Origin: Candidatus Poribacteria bacterium
GTDB taxonomy: Bacteria; Poribacteria; WGA-4E; WGA-3G
Direction of reading: 5' to 3'
Assembly: GCA_022827885.1 (NCBI GenBank)
Contig: JAJEIP010000066.1
Coordinates: forward strand, 33,847-97,846
Length of the DNA stretch: 64,000 nt
Made by a program: the position numbers and the translations under genes. Positions 1 through 10,143 of the stretch are shown in pieces; within the stretch, counting starts at the first letter, position 1; the number at the start of each line of letters is the position of its first letter. The notes below the pieces were generated by a model. That model saw only the letters and a list, made by a program, of their open reading frames with translations, searched no databases and was not told where the DNA came from.

Positions 1-250
1 TGCCGCCCGCCTCATTCGCGAGTGAAACAGCCAATTCCGCCCCGTTCCGCGTCGTCCCCGGATCGGGTGGACTGTATAGAAAACCGATTTTGACAGTAAC
101 CCTGCTATCGGGTGTTTCTGAATCCGTTGGTGCAACAACATGTTGGATGCGTTGGCACCCTAAAAGAAACACGACTGCAAAGAAAAATGATGCCAGAATT
201 CCGTAAGCAACACGAGAACTAAAGGGTATTTGGTTCCGCTTATGTATCAT
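1..250 (-). CDS. ABC transporter substrate-binding lipoprotein, branched-chain amino acid (LivK-like) family; partial, runs off the window start
   Basis: Not in ORF track. Manual translation from ATG at 250 (GGAGG RBS upstream): MIHKRN...FAVVFLLGC (lipobox)...TVKIGFLYSP...RNGAELAVSLANEAGG, the typical N-terminus of type 1 periplasmic binding proteins. Confidence 0.75.
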   Translation of the reverse strand, partial: MIHKRNQIPFSSRVAYGILASFFFAVVFLLGCQRIQHVVAPTDSETPDSRVTVKIGFLYSPPDPGTTRNGAELAVSLANEAGG

Positions 251-501
251 ATAAATCCTCCGGTGCTTTTGTTTTTTTTAGATATTGATATTTTCGGAGA
301 TCATCTTAACAAATTTTGGAGATTTCGACAAGGTTTTTCAGAAGAATTGATTTGACACAATTTTGACTTTCGATTAAACTATCTCCACAAATTGCAGTTC
401 TTGCGTTCGATTTTTCATCGTAAGCGGCGGATTTAGTGCCGTTTCCAAATTGTGTGTGCTCCTAAGACGCAATGTGTCTTTGCTTTATATTGGAGGCTCT
501 C

Positions 502-1149
502 ATGTCGAAAATTCTCGTGTTATCAGGTGAAAACCACGGTTTCAGTGCAAGTGCCAGCATCATTCACGATTTTCTCTCCGATGATGCTAATATTTCAGCG
601 ACGTTAACTGACGATAAAGGGGTTTTAGCATCCGAGGCATTAAATACCTACGATGCGTGTGTCTTTGGCACCGGCTTCACGCGGACAGAACGCCAAGCGG
701 ACGGCTCCGTCGCTCGTGTCTCCGATTTAGCACCTGCTGAAGAAGAGGGTTTGTTCCAATTTGTCAATAGTGGTAAAGGGTTAGTCGGCATTCACGGGAC
801 CGCGTGGTGGATCAGTGGTCAAGCAATGGATCTCATCGGTGGTGCTTCCAATTGGCATCCACCGGGCTCAACGTTTACTGTCCATATTGAGGATAGTGAA
901 CATCCCACGACCCAAGGCGTCGAAGATTTTGATGTGGAAGATGAAATCTACATCTCCGCCCACGATCCCCACATTCACGTGCTGGCGTCTGCTGAGTGGT
1001 TCGGTAAGGCACATCCGATGGCATGGGTGCGATCTTACGGTTCTGGACGCGTCTTTTACACCACGTTAGGACACGGGCCCGGAACCTTCGAGCGCGCCGG
1101 AATGCAGAAGTTTCTCACCCAAGGTGTGAAATGGGCAGCGGCATCGTAG
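502..1149 (+). CDS. ThuA-like domain protein (class I glutamine amidotransferase-like fold)
   Basis: GKGLVGIHG, HPTTQG, DEIY, PMAWVRSYGSGRVFYTTLGH motifs; GGAGG RBS before ATG at 502. Confidence 0.85.
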   Translation: MSKILVLSGENHGFSASASIIHDFLSDDANISATLTDDKGVLASEALNTYDACVFGTGFTRTERQADGSVARVSDLAPAEEEGLFQFVNSGKGLVGIHGTAWWISGQAMDLIGGASNWHPPGSTFTVHIEDSEHPTTQGVEDFDVEDEIYISAHDPHIHVLASAEWFGKAHPMAWVRSYGSGRVFYTTLGHGPGTFERAGMQKFLTQGVKWAAAS

Positions 1150-1239
1150 ATGTGTGTGGAAAGTTTTGCAAATCTGCAAGCGACACCTAAAATTCTCTAA
1201 GGCGAGGCACCTATGCCTCGCCACTCCATTATCGTAAAA

Positions 1240-2319
1240 ATGCCCATACTAAAAATCGCAAACATAGAGACCGAGATCGTTCAGGTAAACCACCGTGGTA
1301 ATTGGGTCTTCGTCAAAGTCCATGCCGACGACGGCACAATCGGTGTTGGTGAGGCTTCCCACGGTAGGGACGACGCGAGCATCCAACATATCATTCAAAC
1401 GCTCAAATCTGCGCTCATCGGTTGGGATCCGTTTCAACTTGAGGCATTTCGCCAACGTTTCTACCACGACGCCGAAAGCCACACCTACCATACTGCTCTC
1501 AGCGGGATTGAGCAGGCAATGTGCGATCTGATAGGGAAGGCGTTGGATGTGCCGAGTTATCAATTGTTAGGCGGCAAGTGCCGAGAAAAGATCCGTCTTT
1601 ACGCCAATATCAACCGTGCGACCCTTGATCGCAGTCCTGCCGGTTTTGCCACCAACGCCGAGCGCGCTGTTGCTGAGGGGTTTACCGCTATAAAATGTGC
1701 ACCCTTCGACGATGTTTCCGTCGCAAACCTTTCACGCGGAACGCTGACCCCTGCTATCTTCACGGGGATTGAGCGCATTCGCACAATTCGCGCAGCGATC
1801 GGTGCGGATATCGATCTCATGGTGGATTGCCACAGTCGTTTTAACCCGGGTATTCTCATCCAAGTCGCAAAGGAACTGGAGGACTTGCACCTCTTCTGGA
1901 TTGAGGATGCCGTGTCACTGGACAATCTTGATGCTTTCGCCTATATGAGTCAATCCATCGGTATCCCAATTGCAACCGGTGAACGCTTACGCACTCTCAC
2001 GGATTTTGATCGGTTGCTAACCCAAACACACGTTGATTATATTTTACCGGATGTCAAGCATGTTGGCGGGATTACCGGTTTGAAAAGAATTGCGACGCTT
2101 GCTGCTGCGCGAAATGTCATGGTAACACCCCACAATCCGAGCGGTCCTGTCGCGACCGCCGCGAGTGTGCAATGCATGGCGAGTGTCCCGAACTTCGCAA
2201 TCCTTGAATACGCCTGGGGAGAAGTAGACTGGCGCGCATCTCTCATTGATCCACCCGAAGCAATCGTTGATGGATTTATCGACGTGCCTTCCCGAACCGG
2301 ACTCGGCGTTACACTTTAA
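1240..2319 (+). CDS. Mandelate racemase/enolase superfamily dehydratase (galactonate dehydratase DgoD-like)
   Basis: NWVFVKV..DDGTIGVGE, VDCHSRF, WIED, IATGER, PDVKHVGG, PHNPSGPVATAA. Confidence 0.85.
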   Translation: MPILKIANIETEIVQVNHRGNWVFVKVHADDGTIGVGEASHGRDDASIQHIIQTLKSALIGWDPFQLEAFRQRFYHDAESHTYHTALSGIEQAMCDLIGKALDVPSYQLLGGKCREKIRLYANINRATLDRSPAGFATNAERAVAEGFTAIKCAPFDDVSVANLSRGTLTPAIFTGIERIRTIRAAIGADIDLMVDCHSRFNPGILIQVAKELEDLHLFWIEDAVSLDNLDAFAYMSQSIGIPIATGERLRTLTDFDRLLTQTHVDYILPDVKHVGGITGLKRIATLAAARNVMVTPHNPSGPVATAASVQCMASVPNFAILEYAWGEVDWRASLIDPPEAIVDGFIDVPSRTGLGVTL

Positions 2320-2337
2320 AATATCTCAGGAGTCTGA

Positions 2338-3114
2338 ATGATGTTTTGCAAACCTGACAACCCAATTATCCTCAAATTTATGCCGCTTTGTCTTTTTCTG
2401 CTTGTCCTTACTTTTGCTGGATGCCTCGGAAACCTACAGACGATGCAAACCGCAACCGATACGCCTGCTCCCGCTGCAGAGACGGAGGAAGCATCGCGTC
2501 CGCTCGCGGAACTTCAACTCTCGACACCTAAGACAAATTATGCTGCACAGGAAGAAATTCCCCTTCAACTCAATATTCAGAACGGCAAATTTGACCTCCT
2601 CGTGCCTTTCTTCAGTGTCGCGACGAAGGGTGCCTTCACGCGGATAACTGTAAAGGACGCGAATGGACAAATCGTCGAACCGAAGCGCGCGATTACGCAG
2701 GAGCACCCACAGACATATGTAACACACGATGGAAAGCCTGTCCGATGTATCCACGGATTTGATTTCAAAGCGGACATGAAGCAGGAACTGACATTGAAAG
2801 ATATTCAACGATACTATCGGTTACAACCCGGTACTTACACCATAACGCTTGCAATTGATCTGGAAGTTTACCGAGAATTTATCATTGAGGATCACCCCGA
2901 TATACTCGAATTAAAGCGCGATCTCGCACGGCTTCAGAGTGATCCAAATCTTCAAGCAGCCGCAAAGGCGGACGCTGTCAATTACTACCAAGAACAAATT
3001 AAACTGATTGGAGAAAGACACGAGGATGTAGTGGAGGACATTTACTTACCCGTCAAATCACGGCGTGGAAAGGCATCGCTTGTATCTAACGAAATCACAC
3101 TAACCATAAAGTAA
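2338..3114 (+). CDS. Hypothetical lipoprotein (paralog of 3122..3847)
   Basis: Signal peptide with TFAGC lipobox; shares FDLLVPF..VATxGAFT, CIxGF and DIYLPVKS blocks with the next gene. Confidence 0.7.
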   Translation: MMFCKPDNPIILKFMPLCLFLLVLTFAGCLGNLQTMQTATDTPAPAAETEEASRPLAELQLSTPKTNYAAQEEIPLQLNIQNGKFDLLVPFFSVATKGAFTRITVKDANGQIVEPKRAITQEHPQTYVTHDGKPVRCIHGFDFKADMKQELTLKDIQRYYRLQPGTYTITLAIDLEVYREFIIEDHPDILELKRDLARLQSDPNLQAAAKADAVNYYQEQIKLIGERHEDVVEDIYLPVKSRRGKASLVSNEITLTIK

Positions 3115-3121
3115 ATCTTCT

Positions 3122-3847
3122 ATGAAACCCTCTAACACTCTTATACTTCTTTGTATAGTTCTAATTTTTAGCTTAATAGGATGCCTTGCCGGTTTACAAA
3201 CCCCATCTTCCCCAACCGATGTAGCGACTGCCGCTTCAGGTGTTACCCTCTCTCTTAAAACGCCTACGTCGACTTACACCTCTAAGGCACCTATCCCTCT
3301 TGAGCTCGGCATTCAGGGTGGGGAGTTTAATCTGCTCGTTCCTTTTGTCAATGTCGCAACGTCTGGAGCGTTTACCCAACTGAAAGTAACCGATACCGAT
3401 GGCAACATTGTTGAACCCAAACGCTCGATTACACTGCCCAGGACAGAGGAAATTTTCATTGAAAAAGAGAGGAAATCTATCCAGTGTATCCGGGGATTTG
3501 AATTGAAACCTACCACAACACAGGTTGCCTCTCTAACGGATTTGCGGAAATACTATGAGTTTCAAAAAGGCAATTATACAATCACACTCACAATGGCGTT
3601 ACCGGTTTACCGAGATTTTTTGAAAAAACGGAATCCAGAGATTATGGAATTAGAGGAGGAAATTAAACGAATTAAAAAGGTTGCAGATGCACACGTCTCC
3701 GCCGCCGATAAACGTTCCGCAGTCAACGACCTACAGCAACAAATTGAACGTCTTGAAAAGAGGGCCAGCGATATCTATCTACCCGTTAAATCACTGCTCG
3801 GTCAGGCAGCCCTCACCGCTAATAGTGTTGTCCTGACAATAGAATAG
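3122..3847 (+). CDS. Hypothetical lipoprotein (paralog of 2338..3114)
   Basis: SLIGC lipobox; same conserved blocks as the upstream gene. Confidence 0.7.
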   Translation: MKPSNTLILLCIVLIFSLIGCLAGLQTPSSPTDVATAASGVTLSLKTPTSTYTSKAPIPLELGIQGGEFNLLVPFVNVATSGAFTQLKVTDTDGNIVEPKRSITLPRTEEIFIEKERKSIQCIRGFELKPTTTQVASLTDLRKYYEFQKGNYTITLTMALPVYRDFLKKRNPEIMELEEEIKRIKKVADAHVSAADKRSAVNDLQQQIERLEKRASDIYLPVKSLLGQAALTANSVVLTIE

Positions 3848-4055
3848 GGATTTGGGAAAGTATTTATGGTAAACCTGAAAAATAAACAGACATTTTATCC
3901 CGGGCCCGGTAGGTGCGGTTTCTAACCAGGGTTCCCACCCGTTACTGGGAAGGGACACCGGTTCTGAATGTCTAATTAATTCTAAGGTCTACTATAGTCT
4001 TAATTCTGTGCGAAATGCCCAAACAGAATGCCCTCGCGTCCTTTAAAAATTTTAC

Positions 4056-4084
4056 TTGCAAATTCGCGCAAAATAATATATAAT
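4056..4084 (+). promoter_or_regulatory. Sigma70-type promoter of the nuo operon
   Basis: TTGCAA-17 bp-TATAAT about 65 bp upstream of nuoA. Confidence 0.65.
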
Positions 4085-4150
4085 TTTAACCAACGAAACG
4101 CATACACCCTAAAGTTTACGTGACATCGCGATTCTCAAGGATCACCCAGA

Positions 4151-4561
4151 ATGCTTTTTAACTTCGCAAATGTGCTAATCTTCTTGATTGTTGGTTGTTT
4201 ATTTGTCGTTTTAAACCTTACTGTCTCTCGCCTCCTCCATACGAAAATATTCTCAGGCGAAAAGTATATCCCATACGAATGCGGCGAAGATCCGATCGGT
4301 GATACACGGATTAAGTTTAACACCCGCTTTTACGTCATCGCGCTCATTTTCCTCATCTTTGACGTGGAGACGGTGTTCCTTTTCCCGTGGGCGGTCGTTT
4401 TTCGCGACTTCGGGCTCTTCGCATTTTTGGAGATGCTCGTTTTTATCGCCATTCTGTTAGTCGGGCTTGCATACGTCTGGGCAAAGGGAGATCTGGAATG
4501 GATCCGATCCACGCAGTTGGAAGTCCAATCCGTCCGGAGGGAAGAAAGTTATGATAATTGA
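4151..4561 (+). CDS. nuoA: NADH-quinone oxidoreductase subunit A
   Basis: [32 protein letters not shown]. Confidence 0.95.
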   Translation: MLFNFANVLIFLIVGCLFVVLNLTVSRLLHTKIFSGEKYIPYECGEDPIGDTRIKFNTRFYVIALIFLIFDVETVFLFPWAVVFRDFGLFAFLEMLVFIAILLVGLAYVWAKGDLEWIRSTQLEVQSVRREESYDN

Positions 4562-5132
4562 TGAGAAACTGGACAAAAATGTTATTGTCACCTCGGTTGA
4601 TGCCGTCGCCAACTGGGCACGCTCCTCCGCCCTCTGGCCCATGACGTTCGGGCTTGCCTGCTGTGCCATTGAATTTATGGCGACTGCCGCTTCTAACTAC
4701 GACCTCGACCGGTTCGGCGCAGGTGTGCCGCGCGCGACACCCCGTCAGTCCGATCTTATGGTTATCTCTGGCACGGTGACACTCAAGATGGCAACTCGGA
4801 TCCGACGGCTTTATGAACAGATGCCGGAACCGAAATATGTTATTTCGATGGGCAGTTGTGCGACCAGCGGCGGCCCCTATTGGCAACACGGATACCACGT
4901 CCTCAAAGGCGTTGATCGGATTATTCCTGTTGATGTGTATGTGCCAGGATGCCCACCGCGCCCGGAAGCACTTATTGAAGGACTCCTCAAGTTACAAGAG
5001 AAGATTAGAACCCAGACCGTCGCAAAACGCGATCACGTACCCTTCCTGAAGAGACTCTTTACGAAAACGGAGTGGTACGAGCTTGAAGGAACTGAAGCCG
5101 CGGAAGCCGAAAACACTGAAACTACCGCCTAA
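4551..5132 (+). CDS. nuoB: NADH-quinone oxidoreductase subunit B
   Basis: [37 protein letters not shown]; start placed at ATG 4551 overlapping the nuoA end. Confidence 0.95.
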   Translation: MIIDEKLDKNVIVTSVDAVANWARSSALWPMTFGLACCAIEFMATAASNYDLDRFGAGVPRATPRQSDLMVISGTVTLKMATRIRRLYEQMPEPKYVISMGSCATSGGPYWQHGYHVLKGVDRIIPVDVYVPGCPPRPEALIEGLLKLQEKIRTQTVAKRDHVPFLKRLFTKTEWYELEGTEAAEAENTETTA

Positions 5133-5191
5133 ACGATCAGTTGTCCAACGGTAGCAGCGATTTGTAATCGCAAGCATGGAGTAGGATATAC

Positions 5192-5677
5192 GTGAAACCG
5201 GAAGAAATCTATGAAGTCCTAACCAAACAGTTTGGTGAAGCCGTCCTCGGTTTTGACACCGAACTCGCTGGTGACCCGAATATTCGCATTGCCCCCTCAG
5301 CAATCGCCGATGTGTGCCAGTATCTCGCCGAAACCGACACATTGGCATTTGATTCCCTGATGTGCCTTAGTGGTCTTGATTTGAGTGCCAGGGACGAAGA
5401 ACTCGCTATTGTCTACCATCTCTATGCCATGCAGCATCGGCATAGCGTCGTACTGAAAACGACAGTTCCGAAAACCGATTCACACCTTCCAAGCGTCTCG
5501 CATATCTGGAAAACCGCGGATTGGCACGAGCGTGAGGCTTATGACCTCTACGGCATTTTCTTTGAGGGACACACCGATCTCCGCCGCATCTTACTTCCCG
5601 ATGATTGGGACGGATACCCCCTACGCAAGGATTACAAGGAGCCGGAGTTCTATCGCGGTATGCGTGTGCCGTATTAG
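5192..5677 (+). CDS. nuoC: NADH-quinone oxidoreductase subunit C
   Basis: ADWHEREAYDLYGIFFEGHTDLRRILLPDDWDGYPLRKDY. Confidence 0.95.
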   Translation: MKPEEIYEVLTKQFGEAVLGFDTELAGDPNIRIAPSAIADVCQYLAETDTLAFDSLMCLSGLDLSARDEELAIVYHLYAMQHRHSVVLKTTVPKTDSHLPSVSHIWKTADWHEREAYDLYGIFFEGHTDLRRILLPDDWDGYPLRKDYKEPEFYRGMRVPY

Positions 5678-5794
5678 GGGCAGTTCAGATTTGACATCGG
5701 ACATCAAAAATGGTATCATATATACTGGTAAAGTCCAAAAATACGAGGGAATGCGTAAGTCCTACATGGAAAGAAACGCAGCTTGGAACGAAAA

Positions 5795-7000
5795 ATGGAA
5801 ACGACACCACAGACTGAAAGCAAAATCATAGAGTTGAAACCGTTCGCTGATGAAATGGTGGTGAACATGGGACCGCAGCATCCAAGTACACACGGCGTGT
5901 TACGGCTGGAGTTGAAATTGGATGGCGAAGTCGTTCGGGAAGCAATCCCCCACATCGGCTACCTGCATCGCTGTTTTGAGAAGCACTCCGAGAACCTCTC
6001 TTACCCCCAAATTATTCCCTTTACCGACCGAATGGATTACATAGCGGCGATGAACCAGAATTGGGGGTTCTGTCTCGCTGTCGAGAAATTGTTGGAGATG
6101 GATGAAAGCAAAGACTTCGAGGTGCCGGAACGGGCGGAATACCTGCGGGTACTTATCTGTGAATTAAATCGTATTGCGAGCCATCTCCTCTCCTTCGGGA
6201 CCTACGGAATGGACATTGGCGCATTTACGCCATTTCTTTACGCCTTCCGGGATCGAGAACGGTTGCTCCTGCTTTTTGAGAAAATATGCGGTGCACGCCT
6301 CACCTATAACTATATCCGTATCGGTGGCGTCTCCGAAATCATCCCGATGGAGTCGGGTTCCATTGCCGAACAGAATTTTTTGGACGAAGTCGAGGCGTTT
6401 TTAGACTACTTTGAACCGTTGATTGATGAGTATAACGAACTCCTGACAAAAAACAGTATCTTCGCGCAACGCACGACGGGGGTCGCTGTCATGTCGGCGG
6501 AGATGGCACTCAGCTACGGCGCAACGGGTCCGAACCTTCGCGGTTCCGGTATTGATTGGGATCTGCGGCGAGACGAACCCTACTCTATTTACGACAGGTT
6601 TGACTTTGATGTGCCTGTTGCTGTGGACGTTCCAGAATTAGGAGCGGTTGTCGGTGACTGCTGGTGTCGTTACAAAATACGCATGGACGAAATGAAAGAG
6701 TCTGTCCGGATTGTGCGACAGATTTTAGCGGAAGGACTCCCCGACGGTCCCGTCATGGCGGATTTAAAAGCCGTCCGTCCACCGAAAGGTGAAATCTATT
6801 TCCGCAGTGAAGCTCCGCGCGGTGAACTTGGATTCTACATTGTCAGTGATGGCACACCGAAGCCTGTCCGTCTCAAGGGACGTTCCCCCTGCTTCAGTGC
6901 TTTGAGCGCACTCCAGGAACTCAGTCGCGGTTTGATGGTCGCAGATATTATCGCCATTATCGGTAGTATTGATATTGTGATGGGAGAAGTGGACCGGTAA
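5795..7000 (+). CDS. nuoD: NADH-quinone oxidoreductase subunit D
   Basis: NMGPQHPSTHGVLRL, GYLHR, DRMDY, C-terminal DIVMGEVDR. Confidence 0.95.
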   Translation: METTPQTESKIIELKPFADEMVVNMGPQHPSTHGVLRLELKLDGEVVREAIPHIGYLHRCFEKHSENLSYPQIIPFTDRMDYIAAMNQNWGFCLAVEKLLEMDESKDFEVPERAEYLRVLICELNRIASHLLSFGTYGMDIGAFTPFLYAFRDRERLLLLFEKICGARLTYNYIRIGGVSEIIPMESGSIAEQNFLDEVEAFLDYFEPLIDEYNELLTKNSIFAQRTTGVAVMSAEMALSYGATGPNLRGSGIDWDLRRDEPYSIYDRFDFDVPVAVDVPELGAVVGDCWCRYKIRMDEMKESVRIVRQILAEGLPDGPVMADLKAVRPPKGEIYFRSEAPRGELGFYIVSDGTPKPVRLKGRSPCFSALSALQELSRGLMVADIIAIIGSIDIVMGEVDR

Positions 7001-7044
7001 ACGCGCTTCATAGCGAAGTTGACCGAATCAAACAAGGAGGTTAG

Positions 7045-8313
7045 ATGTCGGATTTTAGGACGATGCTTGCAGGTTTCCCATATTTCAATATATCTGAAAA
7101 TTTCTTTCCCAATCTAAGGTTACAAGATGGACACAACTGGGCAGAGGAATTTATACAGAACGTTGTGATTCCGCGGTTACCGGAAGCGGTTGCTTCGCAT
7201 TTTCCTGTGGAGATCGGCACAGTTCTCGTTATGTTTGCATGTGCTGGCGTTTTTGTTGGAGTCGTCCCATTACTCCCCTTGGTATTGGTGCTCGCAGAAC
7301 GAAAGGTCTCCGCGCGTTTTCAGAATCGAACGGGTCCGATGCGCGTCGGACCGTGGGGTATACTGCAAACGTTAGCCGACGGTGTAAAACTCATTTTCAA
7401 AGAAGATTTTATCCCCCCACAAGGCGATAAACTCCTTTTCCTCCTTGCCCCCTATATCATTTTTGCCTGCTCATTCGCTGTCTTTGCCGCGATTCCCTTC
7501 AGCGAAGGTATATTGGTGAGCGACTTTAATATCGGTATCTTCTATATTATGGCGATCTCCTCTGTGATTGTCATGGGGGTGATTATGGCGGGCTGGTCCT
7601 CGAATAGCAAATGGTCACTGTTGGGGTCGCTCCGTTCTGCTGCCCAGATTGTCAGTTATGAAATTCCGCTCGGTCTCTCTATCCTCACCGTGGTGATGCT
7701 CGTCGAAAGTTTGAGCATGCAGGAGATTGTCGCAAGTCAATCCAATGGCGTTTTCAGTTGGCTCATTTTCCGAACCCCCTTTGCCTTTATCGCATTCTTT
7801 ATCTTCTTTATCTCTTCTATCGCTGAGGTAAACCGAACGCCGTTTGATTTGCCCGAAGCCGAATCCGAAATCGTTGCGGGTTTCCATACCGAGTATAGCG
7901 GTATGCGTTTCGCACTCTTCTTTATCGCTGAATACGCGAACATGTTCGCAGTGAGCGCAATCGCTGTAACACTTTTCCTCGGGGTTTGGGAAGGTGTTTT
8001 ACCGGGTTACGATATCCTCGGCGGCTTCCCCGGTTTTGTTATCAAATCCATGGGACTCGTCTTTTTGATGATGTGGTTGAGATGGACGTTGCCGCGCTTG
8101 CGGGTAGATCAGCTGATGAATCTCTGCTGGAAATACTTCATCCCGATCGCCTTCTTTAACATCTTAGGCACGGGTATCTGGGGACTCATTTTCCCAGAAG
8201 ACACCGTGATTAGCACCAGCATTAGTTGCGCAATTATCTATATTGGACTTATCGCCGCGTATAAGGTTGCTGGACGGGGGATCGCACAGAGACCCGCACC
8301 ACAACCAAGTTAG
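7045..8313 (+). CDS. nuoH: NADH-quinone oxidoreductase subunit H
   Basis: ERKVSARFQNRTGP, SYEIP, AEVNRTPFDLPEAESE, RWTLPRLRVDQLM. Confidence 0.95.
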   Translation: MSDFRTMLAGFPYFNISENFFPNLRLQDGHNWAEEFIQNVVIPRLPEAVASHFPVEIGTVLVMFACAGVFVGVVPLLPLVLVLAERKVSARFQNRTGPMRVGPWGILQTLADGVKLIFKEDFIPPQGDKLLFLLAPYIIFACSFAVFAAIPFSEGILVSDFNIGIFYIMAISSVIVMGVIMAGWSSNSKWSLLGSLRSAAQIVSYEIPLGLSILTVVMLVESLSMQEIVASQSNGVFSWLIFRTPFAFIAFFIFFISSIAEVNRTPFDLPEAESEIVAGFHTEYSGMRFALFFIAEYANMFAVSAIAVTLFLGVWEGVLPGYDILGGFPGFVIKSMGLVFLMMWLRWTLPRLRVDQLMNLCWKYFIPIAFFNILGTGIWGLIFPEDTVISTSISCAIIYIGLIAAYKVAGRGIAQRPAPQPS

Positions 8314-8352
8314 GGTCGTATCTGTATCCATTATCTGGAAGGAGCACCTAAA

Positions 8353-9072
8353 ATGGACAAATATATACGAAACATCTACAGAGGCGTTTATACTGTGCTC
8401 GTCGGGATGCGGGTGACAATCAGGCAGTTCTTTGAACCGAACGTCACGCATCAATATCCGTATGAACACGACTTTGAAAAGAAACGGAACGTCCGAGAGA
8501 TTCCGAAGGGGTATCGCGGACAACTCTACAATCGAATTGAGGATTGCATCGGGTGCAAAAAATGTGAGTTGATTTGTCCGGTCGATTGCATTACCATCAC
8601 AGGTACCAAACTTCCCAAAGGTGAACAACTCTGGGATAGCATGAACGTCGTGCACCTCAAGGATGGACGGGAAGTCATCGGTATTGTTGACGGGGACGAT
8701 AAAAAAATAAAATCGGCAGATTCAATAACCCTTACGAATATCACGTCTCGCCAAGGTTCACAGGAGGTCATAGACCGCCTTGAACCATCAGGTGTTGAGA
8801 ATCGAACCCAGACGTTTTCCGGTGACGAGGTGTCGCGTGTTGTCACCCGAAATCCGGTGGTCTTCTACCTCGATCAGTTCGATATTGATATGTCCCTCTG
8901 TATGTATTGTGGACTTTGTACTGAAGTTTGTCCGACGGAGTGTCTCACCATGAAGGATACACTCGCTGGTGTTGAATACTCAAAATTCGACCGATCGGAT
9001 CTCATCTTTAAGTTTGACAAACAGGAAATGTACAACAAAGGTAATACCGAAGAGGCAGATGCCGCTGACTAA
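8353..9072 (+). CDS. nuoI: NADH-quinone oxidoreductase subunit I (2x[4Fe-4S]) with a large internal insertion
   Basis: CIGCKKCELICP and CMYCGLCTEVCP motifs; operon position. Confidence 0.9.
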   Translation: MDKYIRNIYRGVYTVLVGMRVTIRQFFEPNVTHQYPYEHDFEKKRNVREIPKGYRGQLYNRIEDCIGCKKCELICPVDCITITGTKLPKGEQLWDSMNVVHLKDGREVIGIVDGDDKKIKSADSITLTNITSRQGSQEVIDRLEPSGVENRTQTFSGDEVSRVVTRNPVVFYLDQFDIDMSLCMYCGLCTEVCPTECLTMKDTLAGVEYSKFDRSDLIFKFDKQEMYNKGNTEEADAAD

Positions 9073-9101
9073 AAGACAAATTGGGAAAGTGTTAGCACCA
9101 G

Positions 9102-9193
9102 ACCCGTAGCTTGAAACGAAGTGGAAAGCGGATTTAAGAAAGGCCCGTCATAAGCCAAACCACCGTGCCTTAACCGCAAGGTATAATTAAAAA
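9102..9193 (+). repeat. ~90-bp interspersed element (GTAGC..AACGAAGTGGA..GCGG ... CCGCAAGGTAWAATTAAAA), copy before nuoJ
   Basis: Similar copies at about 12457-12548, 26140-26230, 26737-26830(-), 29266-29354 and 38271-38365; right-end-only copies at about 14205-14246, 26855-26880(-) and 43240-43268(-). Confidence 0.75.
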
Positions 9194-9724
9194 ATGGAAT
9201 TTACGCTTAAAACATTTATTTTTTACGGCTTTGCCCTGATGACAGTCGCCTCAGCGCTCATTGTTGTCACAGTCCGAAACATCGTCCACGCCGCGTTTTC
9301 GCTCATGGTGACGCTCTTCGGCGTTGCCGGGCTTTACGTCTTCTTACAGGCTGATTTTCTCGCTGCAACGCAGGTGATTGTCTATGTCGGTGGTATACTC
9401 GTCCTCATTCTATTCGGGGTCATGATGACAAGCGAACGTTTTGACATGCCCATTCAGGTTAAAGGTCATATAGAACGCGGACAACTGTTTCTCGGAGGCG
9501 TGATTGCGCTGGCACTGCTTATGTTGCTCTTAACCGTTATCGCGAATACACCCGCATGGAAGAATCTTACCGACGATGGCACCGAGCTGCCACCGACAAC
9601 AGCACGCATTGGCGAATTGATCCTGAATGGACAATTTCTCTTGCCCTTTGAAGTCGTCTCTGTCCTGTTGTTAGTTGCCTTAATCGGAGCCGCCCTGATT
9701 TCCCGGAAGGAGGTTAGGGACTAA
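9194..9724 (+). CDS. nuoJ: NADH-quinone oxidoreductase subunit J
   Basis: ADFLAATQVIVYVGGILVL, LLPFEVVSVLLLVALIGA. Confidence 0.95.
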   Translation: MEFTLKTFIFYGFALMTVASALIVVTVRNIVHAAFSLMVTLFGVAGLYVFLQADFLAATQVIVYVGGILVLILFGVMMTSERFDMPIQVKGHIERGQLFLGGVIALALLMLLLTVIANTPAWKNLTDDGTELPPTTARIGELILNGQFLLPFEVVSVLLLVALIGAALISRKEVRD

Positions 9725-9740
9725 ACCCTTTACACTAAAG

Positions 9741-10049
9741 ATGACCCTACAACACTACCTCGTTATCAGTGCGATTCTGTTCACGCTCGGTATCTTCGCC
9801 GTCTTGACCCGACGCAACGCCATTAGTATTTTGATGGGAATTGAGTTGATTCTCAATTCGTGTAATCTTAACTTTGCCGCATTCTCGCGTTTTATGACAC
9901 CGCCGGAAGACATCAGCGGACAAATTATAGCGATTTTTGGAATTGTACTCGCCGCAGCGGAAGCCGCTGTCTTTTTGGCGATTATCCTCGCGATCTACCG
10001 TGAATTCGGAAGCATCCGCCCCAACGAAGTGGACACCTTAAAGGGGTAA
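9741..10049 (+). CDS. nuoK: NADH-quinone oxidoreductase subunit K
   Basis: RRNAISILMGIELILN, AAAEAAV. Confidence 0.95.
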   Translation: MTLQHYLVISAILFTLGIFAVLTRRNAISILMGIELILNSCNLNFAAFSRFMTPPEDISGQIIAIFGIVLAAAEAAVFLAIILAIYREFGSIRPNEVDTLKG

Positions 10050-10143
10050 TTTTTTAGCGATTTTGAACCGCAAACAGGTTCTTTCATCAATTTTAGATCG
10101 GTGTTGACAGCGGAAACACCGCCCTGGAGCAATAGTTAAAAAT

